24,000 nucleotides of DNA from Candidatus Saccharibacteria bacterium RIFCSPHIGHO2_12_FULL_47_17 (lineage in GTDB: Bacteria; Patescibacteriota; Saccharimonadia; Saccharimonadales; UBA10212), in assembly GCA_001790575.1 (NCBI GenBank), contig MGCV01000001.1, positions 7,870 to 31,869 on the forward strand, read 5' to 3'. This document shows, piece by piece, positions 1 through 5,275 of the stretch. Positions within the stretch are counted from its first letter, which is position 1. Each line of letters opens with the position of its first letter. The position numbers and the translations under genes are program-made. The notes beneath the pieces were generated by a model. The model saw only the letters and a program-made list of their open reading frames with translations, made no database searches and was not told where the DNA came from.

Positions 1-353
1 AGATAGTTTAGCTTTGCAAGTTCGGCTTTGGTTAAAAAATCATGCAGTGTCTGGTTCATAATCTCGGCTATGTTATCAGCAGCCGTCCGCAGGCCGGAGA
101 ATTTATAAACATTAATTAATTTTTTGGCAGCGCCCTCGTAATTTGTGCTTATCCAAACATAGCGCGGCGAGTCTTTTCGACATGAAGAGCAAGTCCGACC
201 ACCGGCACTGGTAGCGCCGCAGGACCAGCAACGCTCACCATACGTTATGATTTCGGCGCTGCTGCAGGCTAAGCAAAACGCAGTCCCCTCAACACCGCAG
301 CTGATGCACTCCGGCGGCGCAACCAAACCAATGACTGCTTCCAAGATACTCAC
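1..353 (-). CDS. comF: ComF-family competence protein (double zinc-ribbon N-terminus). Only the 5' part is present; the gene continues past the left edge
   Basis: Not in the ORF track because it is edge-truncated. My minus-strand translation from GTG at 353..351 reads VSILEAVIGLVAPPECISCGVEGTAFCLACSSAEIITYGERCWSCGATSAGGRTCSSCRKDSPRYVWISTNYEGAAKKLINVYKFSGLRTAADNIAEIM... It has two CxxC...CxxC pairs followed by Y-x-G...I..YKF, as in ComF/ComFC N-termini. An in-frame stop at 398..396 bounds the start, and AAGG lies about 7 nt upstream of the GTG. Confidence 0.6.
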   Translation of the reverse strand, partial: MSILEAVIGLVAPPECISCGVEGTAFCLACSSAEIITYGERCWSCGATSAGGRTCSSCRKDSPRYVWISTNYEGAAKKLINVYKFSGLRTAADNIAEIMNQTLHDFLTKAELAKLNY

Positions 354-395
354 GAGAGACCTTCTTCGGAGGCAATGAACCCATGCGACAAGTGT

Positions 396-524
396 TCAAT
401 GTTCAATGAATGGTCAATGGAGTAATGGTTTAAATGGATTGAATCATTAAGGGCATTAGCTGTATTCATTCGTCCATTGGGCATTAATTAAATAATTGTG
501 AATTGGAAAATGAGAAATGTAAAA
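396..524. repeat. Degenerate period-7 tract (TCAATG-type units, then AAAATG/AATTG-type units)
   Basis: Visual parse: tcaatgt tcaatga atggtca atggagt aatggtt taaatgg attgaat ... aattgtg aattgga aaatgag aaatgta aaatggc. Same design as 12201-12300. Confidence 0.45.
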
Positions 525-525
525 T

Positions 526-544
526 GGCTACGTTTAACGTAGCC
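526..544. promoter_or_regulatory. Perfect palindrome GGCTACGTT-T-AACGTAGCC in the comF/hsp20 divergent spacer (operator or hairpin candidate)
   Basis: Arms 526-534 and 536-544 are exact reverse complements. It sits about 30 nt upstream of the candidate hsp20 -35. It does not match the CIRCE or HAIR consensus as I remember them. Confidence 0.25.
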
Positions 545-572
545 TGTTGTAATTATTGTGCAGTGTAACATG

Positions 573-602
573 TTGCATATCCCTGGGTTAAGCGGTTATA
601 CT
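573..602 (+). promoter_or_regulatory. Candidate sigma70-type promoter for hsp20
   Basis: TTGCAT (573-578), 18-nt spacer, TATACT (597-602), about 57 nt upstream of ATG 659. Motif match only. Confidence 0.3.
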
Positions 603-658
603 TTGATTAACACAAAAAGGCAAATTAACTAAAACTGATAAGTTTGGAGGGAATTTAT

Positions 659-1129
659 ATGGCTAAGGCCAGCCAACAGCAAGATGATTTATTGATGGGC
701 GATGATATCACCGCCGCTTTTTTGAGTGAGGACGAAGCTGCAACTGCTGATGAGGCTGCTGAACCCGCAGCCGCCGAAGACGAAAATTGGGACGAAGAAC
801 CAGTTGCCGGACAATTAGCGGTTGATGTCTACGAAACCAAAGAAAAGCTAGTTGTCAAAGGCCGCGTGGCCGGCGTCAATAAGAACGATCTAGATGTCAG
901 CATTTCTGATAACACACTAACTATCAAGGGCACCTTGAGCTCGGGATCTGAAGACGACGTTGAAAATTACTTTTTGCAGGAATGTTACTGGGGCGAGTTT
1001 AGCCGCAGCATTGTTTTGCCGGTGCCTGTTAAAGAAGACGAGATTGAAGCCGTGCTTAAAGACGGCGTACTGACGATATCATTTGCCAAGGTCAAACAAG
1101 ACACAGTCAAGAAAATCCAAGTGCTTTAA
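659..1129 (+). CDS. hsp20: Hsp20/alpha-crystallin family small heat-shock protein
   Basis: The alpha-crystallin domain is readable: GQLAVDVYETKEKLVVKGRVAGVNKNDLDVSISDNTLTIKG...EFSRSIVLPVPVKEDEIEAVLKDGVLTISFAKV. The track starts at TTG 644, but GGAGGG at 647-652 followed by ATG 659 is the better start. Confidence 0.9.
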   Translation: MAKASQQQDDLLMGDDITAAFLSEDEAATADEAAEPAAAEDENWDEEPVAGQLAVDVYETKEKLVVKGRVAGVNKNDLDVSISDNTLTIKGTLSSGSEDDVENYFLQECYWGEFSRSIVLPVPVKEDEIEAVLKDGVLTISFAKVKQDTVKKIQVL

Positions 1130-1162
1130 GCTGAAAGCTGAAAGTCCTTAGCCTAAAGCTTT
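1128..1162. repeat. Period-7 AAGC-type tract between convergent hsp20 and the four-helix-bundle gene
   Basis: aagctga aagctga aagtcct tagccta aagcttt. The last units overlap the 3' end of the minus-strand CDS. Confidence 0.45.
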
Positions 1163-1497
1163 TTAATAAAGCCGCTGAGCAATTTTTGTATTTCTTGTAC
1201 TTTTTCAATTAATCTATTGCTTTCTTGAAGGTTAATGTAGCCAAGCTTATCCGCAATTAGGAGCATCGACTCGACTTCAACCGCAGATCCCTTAGCAATC
1301 AACAAGAAATTTCGGAGTGACTTGTCGCTTCTACGAGCATAACCTTCCGCAATGTTATTTGGAATGGATAAACCCGCACGTTGTATCTGATCGCGGAAAC
1401 TAAAGTCTTTAAGATTTCGGAATTGCTTGTAAACCTCAGTCGAGAAATCGCCCGCCTTTTGCCAGACTATTAAATCTCTAAAGGACTGAGTCGCCAT
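1153..1497 (-). CDS. Four-helix-bundle protein (23S rRNA intervening-sequence protein family; the same family as DGR Avd proteins)
   Basis: 114 aa. Family hallmarks are present: DLIVWQKA...F...VY, FRDQIQRAGLSIPNNIAEGYARRSDKSLRNFLLIAKGSAVEVESML. Confidence 0.85.
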   Translation of the reverse strand: MATQSFRDLIVWQKAGDFSTEVYKQFRNLKDFSFRDQIQRAGLSIPNNIAEGYARRSDKSLRNFLLIAKGSAVEVESMLLIADKLGYINLQESNRLIEKVQEIQKLLSGFIKKL

Positions 1498-1532
1498 AGA
1501 AAAATATTAACAACCAAACGGTCTTAAACCAT

Positions 1533-1576
1533 GAGCTTTAAGCTTTTAGCTTTTGGCTTTTGGCCTTAAGCTTGGG
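1533..1576. repeat. Period-7 AGCTTT-type tract (6 units)
   Basis: gagcttt aagcttt tagcttt tggcttt tggcctt aagcttg, in exact 7-nt register from 1533. It lies between the last pilin gene and the four-helix-bundle gene. Confidence 0.6.
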
Positions 1577-2011
1577 TTAGCCGGTGATTTGGCGCAGGAC
1601 GAAGCGGACCATGATTTGGGCTAGAGCTACAATTATCAAGCCGATGATGGCGTAGAGGATGGTGTTTTTGGCGCTGGTGACGGAGGTGTCGCTACCGCCG
1701 GAAGTTATGTAGCGCAGGCCGCCAATGATAATCATGACTACGGCGACAATGCCGACGATCAACGACAGAGTATTAATAACTCCGCGAATAACTTTGTTAA
1801 ATTTTTCAACGCCTGTATCGCCGGCTGCCTCGCAGTTGCCATCGCTTAGTTTAAGATTAGAGCCAGCACATAGGCCTTCCTGAATGACTTGCGAAGTTTC
1901 TTGTTGGGAAGTATCTTGGGCGCTGGCCGTGGAATTTAAGGCCACAAAGCTAAAGACAGTTAGCACAAAAAAACTGCCAGCTATTAATAAGAATCGTCTA
2001 AAAGCACCCAT
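1577..2011 (-). CDS. VirB2/TrbC-like T4SS pilin paralogue P1
   Basis: 144 aa. Signal peptide MGAFRRFLLIAGSFFVLTVFSFVALNSTASA, a short polar region with a Cys pair, then two hydrophobic helices joined by GGLRYITSGG...SAKNTILYAIIGLIIVALAQ. The C-terminal half aligns at DNA level with P2 and P3. Confidence 0.75.
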   Translation of the reverse strand: MGAFRRFLLIAGSFFVLTVFSFVALNSTASAQDTSQQETSQVIQEGLCAGSNLKLSDGNCEAAGDTGVEKFNKVIRGVINTLSLIVGIVAVVMIIIGGLRYITSGGSDTSVTSAKNTILYAIIGLIIVALAQIMVRFVLRQITG

Positions 2012-2038
2012 GCCTCAAATTATAGGGCATGGGTGCTT
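2002..2038 (-). terminator. Perfect 13-bp hairpin, terminator-like, overlapping the P1 start codon
   Basis: aagcacccatgcc (2002-2014) and ggcatgggtgctt (2026-2038) are exact reverse complements with an 11-nt loop. On the minus strand the stem is followed by TTTTA. The loop reads CTATAATTTGA (contains TATAAT). The 3' arm contains the P1 ATG (2011..2009). Confidence 0.4.
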
Positions 2039-2054
2039 GGGATTCTAGGAAAGT

Positions 2055-2498
2055 CTAGGTAGTACCTTTTAGAACAAACTGGACGACGGCTTGGGCTAAT
2101 GCCACGATGATCAAACCGACGATGGCGTAGAGAATGGTGTTCTTGGCAGCTGTGACACTTTCTTGTTTACCGCCACTGGCCACGTAGCGCAGACCGCCAT
2201 AGATGATCATGATGACAGCCACGATGGCGATTACTGCCGATAGGATGTTGATAACACTCTTGATTTTAGTTCCAAGATTACCTTCTTGGCCGGCTCCAAG
2301 TGTACATGCCTCACCTTTAAGAGTCTTGCCGGTGCCTGCACTAGTTATGACTGCATCCGAACCACATATTAAGCTGCCCTTTATACCTTGCTCAACAGTG
2401 TTGCTTTGGGCGTAGGCTGGGACCGCCAAGGCAACCGGTGCCACTAGAGTTAGTACTGAGGCCAGGACAATTAATTTCTTTTTTATTTTTTGAATCAT
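2055..2498 (-). CDS. VirB2/TrbC-like T4SS pilin paralogue P2
   Basis: Signal peptide ...LVAPVALAVPAYA, a Cys pair, then IAIVAVIMIIYGGLRYVASGGKQESVTAAKNTILYAIVGLIIVALAQ. The track starts at TTG 2504. ATG 2498 is preceded by AAGGA (2509..2505) at 6-nt spacing and is preferred. Confidence 0.75.
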   Translation of the reverse strand: MIQKIKKKLIVLASVLTLVAPVALAVPAYAQSNTVEQGIKGSLICGSDAVITSAGTGKTLKGEACTLGAGQEGNLGTKIKSVINILSAVIAIVAVIMIIYGGLRYVASGGKQESVTAAKNTILYAIVGLIIVALAQAVVQFVLKGTT

Positions 2499-2533
2499 TT
2501 TCAATCCTTTTAAGAATTATTAACTATAAGCAG

Positions 2534-2563
2534 TTTATATCACAACTATACAAGGTTTGGCAA
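2534..2563 (-). promoter_or_regulatory. Candidate promoter for P2
   Basis: The minus strand reads TTGCCA (2563..2558), 18-nt spacer, TATAAA (2539..2534). Motif match only. Confidence 0.25.
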
Positions 2564-2570
2564 TGCATGT

Positions 2571-3068
2571 TCACTGTCCGCCGCCCGTCCTTGGAGCATT
2601 GGCTCCGGTATTCGATGAACTTGTAGAGGAGGTAGCTTCGGTGGCCTCGCGCAGAACAAAGTGGACGATGGCTTGAGCGAGCGCTACTACAATTAAGCCG
2701 ATGATGGCATAAAGGATGGTGTTTTTGGCAGCCGTAACGTTTTCTTGTTTGCCGGCGCTGGCGACGTAGCGGAAGCCGCCTATGACAATCATTATTACGG
2801 CGACGATAGCCACGATAGCCGACAAAACGTTAAGTATCTTTTTAATCGTGGCGCTCAATTTGCTGCCGGATTCGGCAGAAATATCACTGACTTCTTGACC
2901 CGTTACGTCTTGCCCAGCCGCACCGCTGGCACCACACTGAAGAGCTTCCTGGGCGTTGGCTGGCTTATTACAGTCAATCGCAAAAACCTGAGTTGGCGCC
3001 CAAACAGACATCGACATCATAATGACAAGACCAGTTAGGATTCGGGCAATAAGTAACTTCATAACCAT
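2571..3068 (-). CDS. VirB2/TrbC-like T4SS pilin paralogue P3 (with a Ser/Thr/Gly-rich C-terminal tail)
   Basis: 165 aa. Signal peptide, Cys pair (IDC...LQC), then IVAVIMIVIGGFRYVASAGKQENVTAAKNTILYAIIGLIVVALAQ, plus an extra tail EATEATSSTSSSNTGANAPRTGGGQ. Confidence 0.75.
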   Translation of the reverse strand: MVMKLLIARILTGLVIMMSMSVWAPTQVFAIDCNKPANAQEALQCGASGAAGQDVTGQEVSDISAESGSKLSATIKKILNVLSAIVAIVAVIMIVIGGFRYVASAGKQENVTAAKNTILYAIIGLIVVALAQAIVHFVLREATEATSSTSSSNTGANAPRTGGGQ

Positions 3069-3086
3069 AATATTACACGACTCATG

Positions 3087-3524
3087 TTAGCCAATTATCC
3101 TTGTGTTGATGAAAGTCACGATCAGCCAGGCAAAGGCCACGATGACCATGCCGGTTAAGGCGCTGGTAATGATGCTGCGGGCTTGGCGGGCTCGGGTTGG
3201 ACTATCGGTGGCCCGTTGACCGCCAATGCTGCCGCCGGCGGTGACGAAGACATAGCCGCCATAAACAATTAAAATGGTGCCGCCAACCGCCGCTACCAGC
3301 GCAAAGACATTGGCAACCTGTTGGAGTATGCCGTCAGGGCCGGCAATCGGGTTTTGGCCGGAGGCCTTTTGCTCCTGAACCTGTTGACAAGCTGGGCTGC
3401 TTTGGGCCGCGCCGGTTTTGCAGGCATCCTCAAACAAATCTTCGGCGCTAGTTTTTGGAGCGAATATAAAAAATGCAAATAGGCTTAATATAATCAGACT
3501 GAGCAATTTAAATCTGAACATCAT
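3087..3524 (-). CDS. Divergent VirB2-like pilin paralogue P4
   Basis: 145 aa. Signal peptide ...FIFAPKTSA, Cys pair, then two hydrophobic helices (ALVAAVGGTILIVYGGYVFVTAGG ... ALTGMVIVAFAWLIVTFI). ATGA overlap with P5 at 3521-3524. Confidence 0.6.
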   Translation of the reverse strand: MMFRFKLLSLIILSLFAFFIFAPKTSAEDLFEDACKTGAAQSSPACQQVQEQKASGQNPIAGPDGILQQVANVFALVAAVGGTILIVYGGYVFVTAGGSIGGQRATDSPTRARQARSIITSALTGMVIVAFAWLIVTFINTRIIG

Positions 3525-3808
3525 TTGCGGAGTCCTCCGATTATGATATTAACTAACAATGCCGCCGAGGCGACAATGATCAGGCCGATGACCGCATAAA
3601 TCACACTGTTGCGGGCCTTGGCAATGTTTTCGGGATTATCGCGGGCAAAAACTAGGCGCATGCCAGACAGGACTATCCAGACTACTGCGAAAGCACCGAT
3701 GATGGCAAAGGCGATGTTAATTGTAAGTTTTAAAGTATCGTCTTTGGCTTCCGGCAAAGCCCCCCTCTCGACGATTCCCTGAAGTGCAAAAAATATTAAA
3801 CTTTTCAT
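3521..3808 (-). CDS. Minimal VirB2-like two-helix protein P5
   Basis: 95 aa. No Cys region. Two helices: AFAIIGAFAVVWIVLSGMRLVFARDNPENIAKARNSVIYAVIGLIIVASAALLV. ATGA overlaps at both ends (3521-3524 and 3805-3808). Confidence 0.55.
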   Translation of the reverse strand: MKSLIFFALQGIVERGALPEAKDDTLKLTINIAFAIIGAFAVVWIVLSGMRLVFARDNPENIAKARNSVIYAVIGLIIVASAALLVNIIIGGLRK

Positions 3809-4158
3809 CCCATTAGCTCCAGAAAACGCTTAACTCTATTCTTTAGATAACGTTTGCCAGGTCCTGTTTTTAGAAATTTCTCCCTAGCTCTGGCATCAGT
3901 TGAATTTAAACAAGCTTCATAATATATCAATTGATATGGACCGCGCTTGTTGGTGGACCTGGTTTTATTTTCCAGATGTTCGGTTAAGCGTTTTTTTAGG
4001 TCGAACGTGAAACCAGTATAAAAACCTCCGTTGTTCGTATTGCGCAGTACGTAAACGTAACTCATGCTGGAGCTAACGGGATAGACCCCGTTAGAAGTCT
4101 GATTCGCTGTAAGCAAGTCAGAAATTTTTGATAAAAAGTTATTTCTAATCGGGGTCAT
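3805..4158 (-). CDS. GIY-YIG nuclease family protein (small UPF0213/YhbQ-like type) with a 31-aa N-terminal extension
   Basis: YVYVLRN...GFYTGFTFDLKKRLTEH...YQLIYYEAC...ARAREKFLK matches the GIY / YxG / R / E layout of small GIY-YIG proteins. tcat at 3805-3808 and at 4155-4158 gives ATGA stop/start overlaps with the flanking pilin genes. An alternative start is ATG 4065 (MSYVYVL). Confidence 0.85.
   Translation of the reverse strand: MTPIRNNFLSKISDLLTANQTSNGVYPVSSSMSYVYVLRNTNNGGFYTGFTFDLKKRLTEHLENKTRSTNKRGPYQLIYYEACLNSTDARAREKFLKTGPGKRYLKNRVKRFLELMG
4069..4158 (-). repeat. Copy A of an element of about 87 nt (the 5' end of the GIY-YIG ORF), homologous to 14350-14436
   Basis: By my hand alignment, 69 of 87 aligned nt are identical, with one 3-nt gap. 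It contains the hairpin ctaacgggg-ucua-ucccguuag (plus-strand coordinates 4073-4094). Confidence 0.55.
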
Positions 4159-4592
4159 TTGGTTAAGCTATTACCGATAAAGGCTACAAATAGTGTAGCG
4201 GTGAAGGCTATACCTAAGCCAATCAAGGCGTTGTAAATACCCTTCCGAGCCGAGGCGGCTTTCTCCGGATTACCTTGAGCGGCAATGTATTGAATACCGG
4301 CTACCATTATCATTATGACCGCCGCAAAGCCGGCAATCCGCAGCAGCATATCTAAAACCGCCAAGCCAACCGGGAAGACACTGGTAGGAAATGTCACATA
4401 TGGCACACACTGATTAAGTGCGTCAACTTTGAAGGTGTTCATGTATTGCCACCAATGAGGCAGGAAGAAAAAGCTGTTCTCATTAAGCTTGGCAAGTTGG
4501 TCTGCCGTACAAGCTCCGCCGGGCTTGCCAGCAGGTATAGTAGCGGCGAAGAATAAAATCTTATCGATATATAAATAAAGTGCGCTATACAT
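4155..4592 (-). CDS. Divergent VirB2-like pilin paralogue P6
   Basis: 145 aa. Hydrophobic N-terminus, two Cys, then LRIAGFAAVIMIMVAGIQYIAAQGNPEKAASARKGIYNALIGLGIAFTATLFVAF. TAATG overlap with P7 at 4592. Confidence 0.55.
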   Translation of the reverse strand: MYSALYLYIDKILFFAATIPAGKPGGACTADQLAKLNENSFFFLPHWWQYMNTFKVDALNQCVPYVTFPTSVFPVGLAVLDMLLRIAGFAAVIMIMVAGIQYIAAQGNPEKAASARKGIYNALIGLGIAFTATLFVAFIGNSLTK

Positions 4593-5146
4593 TATGGTGT
4601 CTTGCTATTAAATATGCCTCCGGGGATTAACCACTGCAGGAAAGTAAACATCAGAATAAAAACGACAAGGGCAATCAGGGCATTATAGATGCGTTTTTTG
4701 GCAGCTGTTACGGCCTCGGCCTTGTCGCCGGCCATGGAATATTGAATACCGCCAAGAATAATCACGCCAGTTATTACCACTGCCACCAAGCCGCTCAAAA
4801 ATTTAACTATGGTGTTTATACGCTTGATTATAGGGTTGGCTTCGGAAACTGCGTATTGAGCTAAGCAGTCCCTAAATTGTTTTTCTCCTTTGTCAGTAGA
4901 GCGGTCCGTATTCAAACAATCCTTAGGAGTGTTAGCCACACAATCTTTGACTTTTAAGCCTTCCGGGTCTTTTTCAGTATCGACAAATTTTTGGCAAGCC
5001 GGGTAGGTCGTCGCGGACAAAGGTCCTGGATCAGGAGGAATGACCGCTTGTGCGTCTGGAATCAGAACGAGTGAAAAAATAAAGGATAGTACAAATGCCC
5101 AAGCAAGCCCAATTAATTTTTTTTGAATAAGTTTTATTTTTGACAT
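4592..5146 (-). CDS. VirB2-like pilin paralogue P7 (largest; ectodomain with 4 Cys)
   Basis: 184 aa. Signal peptide ...SLVLIPDAQA, a polar region of about 75 aa with four Cys, then LVAVVITGVIILGGIQYSMAGDKAEAVTAAKKRIYNALIALVVFILMF. Confidence 0.65.
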   Translation of the reverse strand: MSKIKLIQKKLIGLAWAFVLSFIFSLVLIPDAQAVIPPDPGPLSATTYPACQKFVDTEKDPEGLKVKDCVANTPKDCLNTDRSTDKGEKQFRDCLAQYAVSEANPIIKRINTIVKFLSGLVAVVITGVIILGGIQYSMAGDKAEAVTAAKKRIYNALIALVVFILMFTFLQWLIPGGIFNSKTP

Positions 5147-5275
5147 AAGAGCGGCTTTCGCTACTTATAAGAAAATATACCATAATCGGGTTCCATAAAC
5201 ACTTTTCCTTTGCGCAAAAACATCTATACAACACTTTACGATTATGCTATATTGCCAGCAGCTTACACAGCCAAA
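5147..5275. promoter_or_regulatory. Divergent control region of the two T4SS-like transcription units, with two outward-facing extended -10 motifs
   Basis: Plus strand: TGcTATATT at 5245-5253, 22 nt before ATG 5276. Minus strand: TGgTATATT at 5182..5174, 27 nt before ATG 5146. Neither leader has a clear Shine-Dalgarno (SD) sequence. The palindrome TTTGCGCAAA lies at about 5209-5218. Confidence 0.3.

Noticed and set aside
396-524. Heptad tracts as CRISPR arrays or as coding mini-ORFs (e.g. the 24-codon ORF from ATG 10103 and the 11-codon ORF from ATG 12204)
   Set aside because: The units are 7 nt with no spacers, so this is not CRISPR architecture. The mini-ORFs lack an RBS and are a by-product of ATG- and AAG-rich repeats.
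1153-1497. Interpreting the four-helix-bundle (Avd-like) gene as evidence for a diversity-generating retroelement acting on the variable pilins
   Set aside because: There is no reverse transcriptase ORF and no template/variable repeat pair in the window. The pilin variable regions show no adenine-specific mutation pattern that I can see. The family is also common outside DGRs.
2203-3038. Plus-strand ORFs in the track (2203-2415, 2438-2626, 2745-3038), and the minus-strand 3293-3478 ORF, overlapping the pilin genes
   Set aside because: They lie antisense or out of frame inside well-supported pilin CDSs, have no RBS, and give low-complexity or odd translations. They are shadow ORFs.
3805-3808. 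An alternative genetic code (UGA recoded), as in some CPR lineages
   Set aside because: TGA works as a stop in the ATGA overlaps. All long ORFs are uninterrupted under code 11.
5210-5275. Track start codons at TTG 5210, TTG 11222, TTG 644 and TTG 2504
   Set aside because: Downstream ATGs (5276, 11303, 659, 2498) give a proper signal peptide and/or a correctly spaced Shine-Dalgarno sequence. The upstream extensions run through spacer repeats.
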